This document shows, one piece after another, positions 1 through 10,403 of a stretch of DNA of 64,000 nt. Numbering within the stretch: position 1 is the first letter of the stretch; each line of letters starts with the position of its first letter. The position numbers were made by a program, and so were the translations under genes. This DNA is from an uncultured bacterium (GTDB lineage Bacteria; Verrucomicrobiota; Verrucomicrobiia; Limisphaerales; UBA8199). The DNA lies in contig CAVVMW010000019.1 of NCBI GenBank assembly GCA_963749495.1, positions 32,001 to 96,000 of the forward strand. The letters are read 5' to 3'. The notes beneath the pieces were generated by a model, which made no database searches, was not told the DNA's origin, and worked only from the letters and a program-made list of their open reading frames with translations.

Positions 1-21
1 CTGGCAGGCTGGCGGGGTGCC

Positions 22-2094
22 ATGGGCGAAGCGTCGCCAAAATCCAAAGCCAAACTGAGCCGGGTTTCCACGGCGGTTACGGTTCGGTCGCGCTGTCCGG
101 TGTGGCTGATGGCCGTATTGCTGGTGCTGCTGACGATTGCCGTTTACTGGCCGGCGACGCGATGTGGCTTCATCAACTTCGATGACGATCTCTACGTGTA
201 CCAGAACGCTCATTTGCAGAGCGGTTTGAGCTGGGAGGCGGTGAAATGGGCGTTTCGCAACACGGAACAGGCCGAGTATTGGGCGCCGCTCATGTGGTTG
301 TCACATATTGTGGGCTGGCAGTTGTTTGGCATGAATCCCTGGGGGCATCACCTGATTAATGTGCTCCTTCACGCGGCCAACACGGCGTTGGTATTCCTCG
401 TGTTCAGAAGGATGACCGGCGCCACTTGGCGCACTGCGGCCCTGGCAGCGTTGTTCGGGCTGCATCCCTTGCGGGTGGAGTCGGTGGTCTGGGTAACAGA
501 GCGCAAGGACGTGCTCAGCAGTTTCTTCGGTCTGCTCGCGCTGATGGCTTACGCCCGTTACGCGGAAGGCAGGAGGCGTGAGCCGGGAGGTCGTGGTTCG
601 TGGTCTGGGGTCGCTTGTCCGTGGTCTCTCTCCCATCTCCCCTCTTTTATCTTCTATCTCCTGTCCGTGTTCTTGTTCGCCCTCGGATTGATGAGCAAGC
701 CGATGCTGGTCACATGGCCGTTCGTCCTGCTGCTGCTCGACTACTGGCCGCTGCGCCGCTTGGAACCTTCACCCCGCAACTCTCAACTCTCAACTGCATT
801 GCGCCTGGTGGGGGAAAAAATCCCGTTCTTTGTCCTTGCGGCGGTGTCGAGCGTGGTGACCTTGGTAGTGCAGCGGCACGGAGGCACTATGATGGGGGTT
901 GAAAGCCTGCCCCTGGGCGCGCGCGTCGGGAACGGGCTCGTTTCATACTGCCGCTATCTGGGGAAGCTCTTTTGGCCCACGGGACTGGCGGTATACTATC
1001 CGCACCCCGGGCAATGGCCGCTCGGGCAGGTACTGCTGGCGAGCGGGCTGATGTTGGGCATTTCGGCGCTGCTTTTTGTGAGGCTGCGTCGGTATCCCTT
1101 TTTGCTGATGGGGTGGCTGTGGTTTGTTGGGACGCTGGTGCCTAATATCGGGTTCGTGCAAGCGGGCGGAGTTGCGATGGCGGTTCGCTTTACTTATATT
1201 CCAACAATTGGAGCGTTGATCCTCATCGTCTGGGGGGCAAACGAACTGGCCGGACGCCGGCATTACGGCGCGGTAGCGTTATCGGTGGCGGGTGGTGCGG
1301 CCATCGTCCTTTTCGTGGCGTTGACGCGGCAACAGATTGGTTATTGGAGGGACAGTGAAACGCTGTTCCGGCGTGCGCTCGCGGTAACAAGGGACAATTG
1401 GCTCGCCCACAACAATCTCGGCAACGCCCTCGACAGCAAGGGCCAAACCGGCGAGGCGATCGCTCAATACCAGGAAGCCGTCCGCTTGAGACCGGGTTAC
1501 GCCAAAGCCCACAACAACCTCGGCGCCGCCCTCGACCGGCAAGGCCAAACCGACGAGGCCATCCGCCAATACCAGGAAGCCGTCCGCTTGAGACCGGGTT
1601 ACGCCAAAGCCCGCAACAACCTCCGCGCCGCCCTCGACCGGCAAGGCCAAACCGACGAGGCCATCCGCCAATATCAGGAAGCCGTCCGCTTGAGACCGGA
1701 TGACGCCGACGCCCATAACCACCTCGGCGTCGCCCTGGCCAGGAAAGGCCAGACCGACGAGGCGATCCGCCAATATCAGGAAGTTCTCTGCCTCAAACCG
1801 GATTACGCCCAGGCCCACTACAACCTCGGCACGGCACTCGGGCAGAAAGGCCAGACTGACGAGGCCATCCGCCAATTCCAGGAAGCCCTCCGCCTCAAAC
1901 CGGATTACCCCCAGGCCCACTGCAACCTCGGCACGGTCCTCAGCCAGAAAGGCCAGATCGACGAGGCCATCCGCCAATTCCAGGAAGCGTTGAGACTCCA
2001 GCCTGACTACGCCATCGCCCGCAGGAATTTGGACGCCGCGCTCGCCGCCAAGACCGGTTCTTTGCAGCCGCCCGGAGCCGGCACCAACCGCTGA
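22..2094 (+). CDS. TMTC-like multi-pass membrane protein (GT-C fold, putative O-mannosyltransferase) with C-terminal TPR repeats
   Basis: Hydrophobic N-terminal two-thirds with FINFDD, HPLRVESVVWVTERKDVL and SKPMLVT motifs; about six 34-aa TPR units (AHNNLG..L...G...EAI.QYQEA..L.P). The start may be further downstream. Confidence 0.85.
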   Translation: MGEASPKSKAKLSRVSTAVTVRSRCPVWLMAVLLVLLTIAVYWPATRCGFINFDDDLYVYQNAHLQSGLSWEAVKWAFRNTEQAEYWAPLMWLSHIVGWQLFGMNPWGHHLINVLLHAANTALVFLVFRRMTGATWRTAALAALFGLHPLRVESVVWVTERKDVLSSFFGLLALMAYARYAEGRRREPGGRGSWSGVACPWSLSHLPSFIFYLLSVFLFALGLMSKPMLVTWPFVLLLLDYWPLRRLEPSPRNSQLSTALRLVGEKIPFFVLAAVSSVVTLVVQRHGGTMMGVESLPLGARVGNGLVSYCRYLGKLFWPTGLAVYYPHPGQWPLGQVLLASGLMLGISALLFVRLRRYPFLLMGWLWFVGTLVPNIGFVQAGGVAMAVRFTYIPTIGALILIVWGANELAGRRHYGAVALSVAGGAAIVLFVALTRQQIGYWRDSETLFRRALAVTRDNWLAHNNLGNALDSKGQTGEAIAQYQEAVRLRPGYAKAHNNLGAALDRQGQTDEAIRQYQEAVRLRPGYAKARNNLRAALDRQGQTDEAIRQYQEAVRLRPDDADAHNHLGVALARKGQTDEAIRQYQEVLCLKPDYAQAHYNLGTALGQKGQTDEAIRQFQEALRLKPDYPQAHCNLGTVLSQKGQIDEAIRQFQEALRLQPDYAIARRNLDAALAAKTGSLQPPGAGTNR
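1393..2030 (+). repeat. 102-bp tandem TPR-coding repeats
   Basis: 1465-1566 and 1567-1668 are almost identical at DNA level; further diverged units follow. Confidence 0.85.
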
Positions 2095-2263
2095 GTTGAC
2101 ACCACCATCGGGAAGCTGCGGACACCCTGTATGGTGTGGAAATTCGTCGGGCAGGACGAGCGTCGGGACTCCCTCGGCGCGCCTGGCCACAGGCCAAATC
2201 GGGCGCAACGAAGGTCACTGAAAAAGAGGGCCGAACAGCCGGTGTCGGGCGTTCTAACGCTGT

Positions 2264-2488
2264 TCCGTCCACCAGGTTCGGCTCCGGTGTTTCCGGCAGC
2301 AGGTGGTAGTGGTTGCGCATCATCACCCAGGCGTGGATGCGCCAGCCCGTCTTTTCGCAGGCCTCGGCCAGAGTGCCCAGCCAGAGCCGCCGGTCGTGGT
2401 CGTTCCCGCAGGTGTCAGGGCCCTGGTTGCCGCGGGCCATGACGTGATAAGTCGCGCCGCCATATTCGATGCGAATCTTGCGAGCCCT
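2264..2488 (-). pseudogene. N-terminal fragment of a REP-associated tyrosine (Y1/HUH) transposase (RAYT)
   Basis: ARKIRIEYGGATYHVMARGN...WRIHAWVMMRNHYHLL.ETPEPNLVDG; the expected ATG reads AGG and similarity stops after about 75 codons. Confidence 0.85.
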
Positions 2489-2562
2489 GCCCGCATGCTC
2501 CGCAACATGTGCCAACTGTCAACACCAATTCAGAATTCCGGGACTGAGCCCTTCGACTCGAC

Positions 2563-3147
2563 AAGGCCGCGCTGCCCGTCATCCGGCAGGAGAAGCCCGC
2601 CAACGGTTTTCTCATGCGCGGCATCGCCCATCAGCCCAAGATCCCCCTCTTCGAAGACCGTTACAAGCTCCGTCCCGCCTGCCTGGCGGTTTATCCCATG
2701 TACAAGGGCCTGGCCCAACTCGTCGGCATGAAGAAACTGGAGGGGCCCCAGACCATCCAGGAGCAATTCCAACAATACATCGCCCAACACGACAACTTCG
2801 ATTTCTTCTTCATCCACTTCAAGTACACCGACAAGTACGGCGAGGACGGCAACTTCGCGGCCAAGAAGAAGGCCATCGAGGAGTTCGACGCCGCGCTGCC
2901 GATTCTGCTGGGCCGCAAGCCGGACGTGCTGGCCATCACGGGCGACCACTCGACGCCCTCTGTCCTCAAAGGCCACTCCTGGCACCCCCAGCCGGTGCTG
3001 CTGCACTCCCCTTACAGCGGCTCGGACAAGCTCGAACGATTCACCGAAACCGGCGCCAACCGCAGCTCGCTCGGCCTCTTCGAGGCCAAGTACCTCATCC
3101 GCTTCATGCAGGCCAACGCCCGGATGCTCGACAAGTTCGGGGCGTGA
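2563..3147 (+). pseudogene. apgM: C-terminal half of cofactor-independent phosphoglycerate mutase (ApgM type), 5'-truncated
   Basis: ANGFLMRG, AVYPMYKGLAQLVGM, FFFIHFKYTDKYGEDG, ITGDHSTP...HSWHPQP motifs; the frame stays protein-like back to 2563, then meets the RAYT upstream region. Confidence 0.8.
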
Positions 3148-3203
3148 GGGCAGAGGCGCGAGGGGCGAGGCGCTTCGCCAGGAGGGGTCGCGCGGCGGAA
3201 ATC

Positions 3204-3300
3204 GCGAAGCGTTTTGGACTGCGCCAGTCCTCTGGCGCTTTTTTGATCCCTGGGGGAGCAAAAGCGGCAGAGGACTGCCGCAGTCCAAAACCTTGCGGGC
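3204..3300. repeat. REP-like imperfect palindrome (family A)
   Basis: ttttggactgcgccagtcctctggcgcttt ... aaagcggcagaggactgccgcagtccaaaa between convergent genes; second copy at about 22606-22710. Confidence 0.8.
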
Positions 3301-3352
3301 TTCGCGGCGGCCTGCGGATAATCACACCGTCCCACACCCCAGAGCTCCGTGC

Positions 3353-5406
3353 TCATTTACCCGCGGCGGGATCCATTGGGACGGAGCAGGTGAGCAGGGT
3401 GCCGTGGGCGCCGGTGCCTTTGATAGCCAGAGAGCCGCCGATGAGGCTGGCGCGGTAATTCATGATGCGCAGGCCCATGCCGGTGTGGGAGTGGCTTTGG
3501 AGGTCGGGGAAGGGTATGCCGTTGTTCTGGACGGCGAGCTGGAGGTGGCCCTGGAGGTTGGCGAGGCTGAGGGCGACGCGTTTGGCCTTGCCGTGCTTGA
3601 TGGCGTTGGTGACGGCTTCCTGGGCGATTTTGTACAACTGGGCGACGGTGTTGCGGTTGAGCGGGGGGATGGGGCCTTGGGCCTTGAAGCGGCAGGAGAT
3701 TCCGAAGAGTTGCTGTGTGTGGGCGGCCAGGTCGTCGAGCGCGGCGGGCAGGTCGTTTTCCTTGAGGTCGAGCGTGGTCAGGTCATGGGCGAGGTCGCTG
3801 GCATGGTTCATGGTCTGTTGGACCAGGTCATGGATTCGGGCGGCGTCCTGGGCCTCCTCGCTGCGGAGCTTGGCGAGCTTGAGTTCGAGGCCCTTGGTCA
3901 TGAGGGCGATGCCGGAGAGTCTCTGGCCCAGGTCGTCGTGCAGGTCCAGGCCGATGCGGCGCCGCTCCTTCTCGGTGATTTCGAGCAATTCCTGTTCCAG
4001 GCGTTCGCGTTCGCTCATGGCGGTCTGGAGCCTGGCGTTGGCGGTTTTGAGGTCCGCCGTGCGTTGCTGCACGCGCAACTCCAGGTCGTCGTGCGCCTTG
4101 CGCAGGGCCTCTTCGGCGTCGCGCCGCAGGACGAACTGGCCGATTTCCGTGCCGATGGCGCTCATCATGTTCAGCAGGACCAGGTCGGCCTTGAGCGGCG
4201 GACGGTGAAGAACTCGAGCACGCCGAAGAAGCCGTCGGCATTTTGAACGGGGAAGGCGACGGCGCTTTGGAGGCCGGCGCGGGCGGCGAAGTTGCGGCGT
4301 TCGAAGCCCGTGTCGCGGGCCAGGTCGGTAATCCAGATGGCGTGGCGCTCCTCCCAGACGCGCCCGGGCAGGCTGGCGCCCGGGGCAAAGGTGAAGCGGC
4401 GGTTTTCTTCGAGGAAGGCGCGGAGCGGCGCGGCGGGGTTGCGCACGGCCAGGCAGCCGGGCGCAAGGAGCTTTCCGAGGGGCTTGAGGACCCACAAGGC
4501 GCCCAGGTCGGCCTCGAGCCCTTCCAAGAGCATCTGCACGATTTCGGGCGCGGCTTCGTCGAGGGTTTTGCTCCGGGCCAGAATGCGTGTGATGGCATGC
4601 TCGGCGGCGAGCCGGGTTTCGGCCCGTTTGCGTTCGGTTATGTCGGAGATGGCGCTGACCCAGCCGGTGACCTGGCCGGAGGTGTCCTTGAGGGGCGTGG
4701 CCTGGAGGAGCACGTCGAGGCGTTCGCCATTGCGGCGGCGGAAGCTCAACTCCAGGGCAGGGGCGGGAGCGGGCTGCTCGCTGGCGACTTTGCCCAGTGC
4801 GGCGGTGATGGTCTGGATGTGCTCCGAGGGCCAATAGACAAAGGGCGGGTGCGCGCCGACCAGTTCGGCCTCGCTCCAGCCGACCATGGCGCAGAAGGCG
4901 GGATTGACGTAGGTCTGACGGCCGCGGAGATCCACCGCGGCGATGCCGGCCGGGACCGAATTTTCGATGGCCTCGCGGAAGCTGTGTTCGAGCTTGAGCC
5001 GTTCCTCGGCCTGGCGTTGCTCGCGCCGCACGGCCGCCTCGCGCAACTCGCGCTGGACCGCCGGGCCGAGCCGCGAGAGGTTGTTCTTCATCACGTAATC
5101 GTGCGCGCCCGCCTTCATCGCAGCCACGGCGGTGTCATCGGTGATGTGGCCCGAGACAATGATGAAGGGCGCGTCCAGGCCCTTTTCCCGCACGAGCGCC
5201 AGGGCCTCCAGGCCGTCGAAATGCGGCAGCAGGTAATCGGCGATGATCAGGTCCCAGGCCTGGCGTTGGAGGGCGGCGCTCAAGGCAGGCAGTGTCTCAA
5301 CCCGTTCACAAACCGGCTGGTAACCGGCGCGCTCCAACTCCTGCCTCAGGAGCAGGAAGTCGTTCTCGTAATCCTCGACAATGAGGGTTTTCAATGGCGG
5401 GTTCAT
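3353..5406 (-). CDS. Hybrid sensor: receiver + PAS + GAF + HisKA_3/HATPase kinase (one frameshift near 4195)
   Basis: MNPPLKTLIVED..DLIIADY..KAGAHDYVMK; PAS YVNPAFCAMVGWS; GAF GASLPGRVW; second frame ERRRIGLDLHDDLGQ..QEAVTNAIKHG..GMGLRIM. Confidence 0.85.
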
Positions 5407-7138
5407 GAGGCGGGGGTAATCGGGCCGGGGGACCGGCGGCGGGGGTGCTGGCAACACTCCAGTGTGTGGCGGGGAGCCCCATCGGGGCATCGTCCGGATC
5501 TGAGAGCGGCAGCGTGAAATAGAAGGTGGCGCCCTTCTCGACGGCGCCGAGGGCCCAGGCGCGCCCGCCATGGCGGCTGAGGATGCGCTGGACGGTGGCC
5601 AGGCCGATGCCCGAGCCGGGGAACTCGCTCGTCGAGTGGAGGCGCTGGAACACGCCGAAGAGCCTGCCGGCGCGGGCCATGTCGAACCCGGCCCCGTTGT
5701 CGCGGACGAAGAAGGCGGGCTGGGGCCCGGCCACGGTGCCGACCTCGATGCAGGCGCGGGGTTTATAGCGCGTGAATTTCCAGGCGTTGCTCATGAGGTT
5801 CTGCAAGGCGATGCGCAACAGGCGCTCGTCGCCCTCGGCGCGGAGATTGGGCGCAATGAGGAATTGGGCGGCGCGGGCCGGCTTCGCGGCGCGCAGTTCG
5901 GCGGCGATCGAGCTGGCCATCGCGCTGAGGTTGACGGGCCGCCGGAGTATCTCGCTGCGGCCGACCCGGGAAAGGTTGAGCAGGTCCTCGATCAAGCCGT
6001 CCATCTGGCGGCAGGATTCGCAGGCGCGCCGGAGGAGGTCCTGGCAGTTGGCATCGAGCTGGGAGCGGTGGCGTTCGAGCAGGATCTGGCTGAAGCCGAG
6101 CATGCTGCGCAGCGGGGCGCGCAAATCATGGGAAACCGAATACGCGAAGGCCTCCAGCTCTTTGTTGGCGGCCTGCAAGAGGGCCGTGCGCTCGCCGACC
6201 CGCCGTTCCAGGCGCTGCTCGGAGGCGCGCAGTTGACCTTCCGTGCGCTCCTGTTGCGTCGCGTCCGCCGCCAGGACCAGGGCCATGACCGCGCTCACCC
6301 CGATAAAGCCTTGCAGCGTCAGCATCGAGAGCGTCCAATCCCCGCCGGCAAAAGGCCCCAGGCCGCGCGCCGTCCCGATGGCTGCCAGGCTCGACAGGAC
6401 GATGAGGCTGGTCGTAGTGCCGGCCTGGCCAAAACGAAGCGCCGGCCACAACAGAATCGGCATCAGCAGATAAGAACGCAGACCGTGCCCTGTCTGGGGG
6501 ACAAACTCGCCCTCAAAGATGGCCAGGCACAGCAGGACCAGCAGCGCCTCCAGCGCCAGGAACTCAATCAGCCGCTTCCGGTCCAGGGCCCGGACAGGCC
6601 CCTGGCCCAGCGCCATCAGCCACGGAGCCACCAGCACCACCCCGACTGCCTCGGCCCGCCACCACGCCCACCAGAGATTGGAGGCCTCCTGCCCTTTGGC
6701 CAACCCGGCCAGCCAGAAGCTGCCCAGGCGCAGCGTCGGACCGATGATGGCGCTCAGCAGGGCACCCAAGGCTACAAACCAAAAGACCGCCTGGGGCCGC
6801 TCCAGGGCAGCCCGCCCCCCGGCAAACCGCCGGACCAGCCATGCGCCGGCCAAGGCCTCGAGGGTGCTGCCAATGGCTGCGCCCGCACAGAGCGCCGCGA
6901 CAACCAAGGGGGCGCCCGGCCGCGCCGCAGGCCCTGCCAGGCCCGCCACAAACGCGCCCAGCAACACCCCAGGCCAGGCCTGCCAGCCCAGCCACAGCAC
7001 CGCCGCCAGGCCCAAACCCGCCGGCGGCCAGAAGGGCCAGGCCGCCGCCGTTCCCGAGGGTTGCAGCGCCAAGCCAAACTGGGCGGCCAGCAAGTATGCC
7101 ACTGCCAGGCCGGCCAGGGTCAATAGTTTGACTTTCAT
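5306..7138 (-). CDS. MASE1-domain membrane sensor histidine kinase
   Basis: WPPAGLGLAA transmembrane MASE1-like region; FAYSVSHDLRAPL H-box; NLMSNAWKF, DNGAGFD and GSGIGL boxes. The C-terminal tail overlaps the next gene by about 100 bp. Confidence 0.9.
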   Translation of the reverse strand: MKVKLLTLAGLAVAYLLAAQFGLALQPSGTAAAWPFWPPAGLGLAAVLWLGWQAWPGVLLGAFVAGLAGPAARPGAPLVVAALCAGAAIGSTLEALAGAWLVRRFAGGRAALERPQAVFWFVALGALLSAIIGPTLRLGSFWLAGLAKGQEASNLWWAWWRAEAVGVVLVAPWLMALGQGPVRALDRKRLIEFLALEALLVLLCLAIFEGEFVPQTGHGLRSYLLMPILLWPALRFGQAGTTTSLIVLSSLAAIGTARGLGPFAGGDWTLSMLTLQGFIGVSAVMALVLAADATQQERTEGQLRASEQRLERRVGERTALLQAANKELEAFAYSVSHDLRAPLRSMLGFSQILLERHRSQLDANCQDLLRRACESCRQMDGLIEDLLNLSRVGRSEILRRPVNLSAMASSIAAELRAAKPARAAQFLIAPNLRAEGDERLLRIALQNLMSNAWKFTRYKPRACIEVGTVAGPQPAFFVRDNGAGFDMARAGRLFGVFQRLHSTSEFPGSGIGLATVQRILSRHGGRAWALGAVEKGATFYFTLPLSDPDDAPMGLPATHWSVASTPAAGPPARLPPPHEPAIENPHCRGLRERLPAPEAGVGARRLPAGL

Positions 7139-7521
7139 CGCACCTGCGGCTCCGGACCGGGTCCTGCCGCGCTCCCCCCTGCCTTTGGGTCGCAGGCGGG
7201 CGGGCGGGCAACCGGCCCCTGGCGCCCGCGCCTCCGTGGACGAACGAACTCGCAATCGCGATTACTTTCGCGCAAGGGACTTTCAGCCACGACATTTTCG
7301 CGCGCACCGACTATGGGGCAATTGCCCAAAATGGGCATGGGGTGAATACCCCATGGACAGACCCCGGCGCAATCGCAATCGGAAACGCCATACATACGCG
7401 GCTTGAGCTTCCGCCCGCTGCCATCCGGGGAATTGGCACGCTGGCGTTCACAGGCCAAAGGCGATTCATACCAGGGCAGGGCAACGCCCTACTGCGCCGG
7501 ACTTTGAGTGACTTTCAGGAC

Positions 7522-7588
7522 CTTTGTCGCAGCCTTGGTTGACATCCGGCTGAGCTCGACAAAGGTTGCGACAAAGGCTGCGACAAAG
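7522..7588. repeat. Inverted and tandem 12-mer repeat hairpin
   Basis: ctttgtcgcagcctt ... cgacaaaggttgcgacaaaggctgcgacaaag. Confidence 0.7.
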
Positions 7589-7713
7589 ATACCAAATTCA
7601 GACCGACCGGATAGTCTGGACAACGCGTCCGTTGGGTGTGAACTCAAGTGCGCGCCAATCACAAGTGTGACATTTGTCTTGCACACCGCTCGACAGTTAG
7701 AAAGACCAGGACC

Positions 7714-8564
7714 ATGCAAATGCCAATGAGAATGGGACGTTGTAACTCAACAGGGGCAAGCCGACTCGTGATCGCATTGGCAGGGCTTGCAATCTTAGCT
7801 GCCTGCCCTGAGGCATGCGCGCAAGGCAGGACGTACACGAACCGGAGCGCATTCATAGCAGCGTGCCAAGGCCTGGCAGGGGTACGGCAGGAGATTTCAT
7901 TCGAGCCGTACTTGCACGCGAGCCCCTACGGGCAGGAGGGATGGTACATGCACTCGCTGACGGTCTCCAACGTCACGTTTGCCGGGGACATCCAAGTGCT
8001 GGAGCAGAGCACATCCATCGAGGGCGAGGCGGCGGTGTGCAACTTCGACGAGAGCGTGCCCTTGGCGATCCACTTTCAAAACGGCGCCCTCGCCTTTGGC
8101 GCGGATTTCTGAGCCTGCTGTATCCTTACAACACATCCAATTTCACCGCCACGATCACCATAGAAGGGGGCGACACGTTCAGCTTCGCATGCGTGCCGGG
8201 GCCCGGCTCGACCTTTTTCGGGTTCATCGAGAGCGGCTCGCTCCGAGACATGACCTTCAGTGATGGCGCGGCATTCACGCATTCAGCGACGGGGCCAATG
8301 CACGAGGAGCTCATTGGCAACCTGTATATGGTGGCAACCGCGCCAGGGCCGCCGATTCTGACAGCGCCCTCACTCCTGCCGGACGGTTCGATGCACTTTA
8401 CATTGCAGGGCGATGCCGGGTTTGCCTATTTACTCGAGGCCTCGACCAACCTGGCGGACTGGACACCCCTGGGGACGTTGGTCGCCACGAACGGCACGGC
8501 GCCGTTCGTGGACGCCGCCGCCACGAACTACAACCGCCGATTCTACCGCGCCGTGGCGCCGTAG
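7714..8564 (+). CDS. Secreted protein with conserved C-terminal RFYR module (frameshift near 8108)
   Basis: Signal peptide LVIALAGLAILAACPEACAQ; frame 1 ends ALAFGADF; frame 2 continues LLYPYNTSNF...YLLEASTNLADWTPL...FVD...RRFYRAVAP. Confidence 0.7.
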
Positions 8565-8580
8565 CGCGGCTCTGGATAAT

Positions 8581-8750
8581 TGACCTAAGAACGGGAGTTG
8601 ATGAACCGCAAAGAGCGCAAAGAACACAAAGATGAGCACTCACAGACAAGACTGGCCTCACCCGTCAAAGGACGCGGGCAGATCATGACCGCATTGTTTC
8701 TCTGCGATCTTTGCGTTCTCTGTGGTTGAACTGCTTTTCCCAGGATTAAT
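8581..8750. repeat. MITE-like insertion with inverted 9-mer repeat arms
   Basis: aaccgcaaagagcgcaaagaacacaaag ... ctctgcgatctttgcgttctctgtggtt; absent from the duplicate copy at about 9850. Confidence 0.6.
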
Positions 8751-9078
8751 CGGGCGTACCTGTTCGCCTACGGGCGCCGGTTGGTGGAGCCTGTGACCGC
8801 ACCAGGACGAGAATCGAGGACGTCACAAACGGCGCCGCGATGCAACGCCCTCGGCGCAGCCGGCCACATTGGGCGGTGACCCAGGGCAGCGCGTTCCGCG
8901 CAGCCTTGGGCTGAGTGATTGTCATTCCTTCCGGATGGAGGGAACCCAGTGAAGTCCCGGGAAACTGAAAACTGGAAGCACGCAGGGAAAAAATCGCGTC
9001 GGAACGAGGTTGCGATCAAACGCAGATCAGACATGCCCCGTGCTTGTGGTATTGAAGCTGGGCGAGTATCATTCACTG

Positions 9079-9303
9079 ATGAATAAACGGATTTCGATCA
9101 AACCGGATGTTTGCAACGGCCGGCCAGTGATTCGCGGCACGCGCATTGCGGTGCAGACGGTCCTGGAATTCCTCGCGGCCGGTGATTCCGTCGAAGACGT
9201 GCTCGAGGAATATCCAAGACTCACCCGAGCTGACGTGCAAGCGTGCTTGAATTACGCCTCGCGGCTCATGGGCAATCATTTCTCCGTGGCGCCCCTGGCA
9301 TGA
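9079..9303 (+). CDS. DUF433-family antitoxin
   Basis: RISIKPDVCNGRPVIRGTRIAVQTVLEFLAAGDSVEDVLEEYPRLT signature. Confidence 0.92.
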   Translation: MNKRISIKPDVCNGRPVIRGTRIAVQTVLEFLAAGDSVEDVLEEYPRLTRADVQACLNYASRLMGNHFSVAPLA

Positions 9304-9641
9304 AGGGGTTTCTCTTTGACGAAAACTCGCCCGCAAGGCTACGGTTTTTGCCGAGGCTTCCGATTGTCCCGGCCTCCAAAATTGGCCACAACCCGTCCGA
9401 CTCACAGATTTGGGAATTTGCCCGGAAGCATGATTTGGTGATCGTGAGCAAGGATGCGGATTTTTCGGATCGGATCATCACGAATTCGCCGCCGCCGCGA
9501 GTGGTGCACCTACGGTTCGGTAATCTCCGCAAAAGCGAATTTCACGCCTTGCTCGTTCGTGTCTGGCCGCAGATCGAAACGCTCTTGAAATCCCACAAGT
9601 TGGTGAACGTTTACGCTGAACGCCTTGAAGCAATTGGCTGA
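9300..9641 (+). CDS. DUF5615/PIN-like toxin
   Basis: FLFDEN..SDSQIWEFA...IVSKDADF..PPRVVHLRFGN; ATGA overlap with the DUF433 gene. Confidence 0.88.
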   Translation: MKGFLFDENSPARLRFLPRLPIVPASKIGHNPSDSQIWEFARKHDLVIVSKDADFSDRIITNSPPPRVVHLRFGNLRKSEFHALLVRVWPQIETLLKSHKLVNVYAERLEAIG

Positions 9642-10403
9642 AGCGCCCGGGCATTCGTAATGCGCATGCTTGATTGGTCCTGAGGAACAAGTTCGAGTTA
9701 CGCGATCCAGACCTCGGCCAACATGGCTGACTGGACGCCCCTGGGGACGTTGGTCGCCACGAACGGCACGGCGCCGTTCGTGGACGCCGCCGCCGCGAAC
9801 TACAGCCGCCGCCTTTACCGCCCCGTCGCGCCGTAGGGCGGCTGTGGACAACTAACTGGACGTAATGGTTCGGGTAGCGGCGCCAGTTGGTGGCGCCTGC
9901 GGCGCAACCAGGACAAGAACCGAGGACGGCACAAACTTCGCCGCGATGCAACGCTCTCAGCGTAGCCGGCCACATTGGGCGGTGACCCAGGGTAGCGCGT
10001 GCCGCGCAACAGAAAAAGGAATGTAGAGAACGCGGGGGCGAGATAATCCGGGACTCGGGAATACAGAAGTGACTTTGGAGAAGTTGGGACCGCCCCCGTG
10101 TTCTTTACATTCCTGGGTTGAACGAAGCCGCGGCCCAAGGTTCGTTGGGCCATCCTTGGGGGTACTGCGGAAAGTGCCGGATCTGGCTTTGACTACGGTG
10201 TGCGGTCGAGGCTTTTGGGGACGGGTCAGAGCCGTGCCAAGCTGCGCCAGTCCCGGTGCTGACTGGGCAGCAGCGTCGTGGAGGTTCCGGGATCGGCCGC
10301 CGGCCCCTTGGGACGCTGAAGCGGGTGCCACGCGAACAAAGCGCGGGGGTGGGAGTTGGCCCCCCAGCCGGAACGAGCAGTGAGGTGGTCCAGGGCGTGG
10401 TTT

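Larger units (their letters stand above)
8439..10010 (+). repeat. Diverged direct duplication (gene 3' end + spacer + REP hairpin) flanking a toxin-antitoxin pair
   Basis: 8439-8580 matches 9711-9851; about 8770-8905 matches about 9878-10010, continuing at 12699 after the inserted element. Confidence 0.85.

Noticed and set aside
7430..7455. Sigma54 promoter at TTGGCACG
   Set aside because: No TGC at the required -12 spacing
8439..9836. DGR template/variable repeat pair with the RT at 25.7-27.1 kb
   Set aside because: Mismatches are not adenine-specific, and the RT is a YADD group II intron protein inside a complete ribozyme
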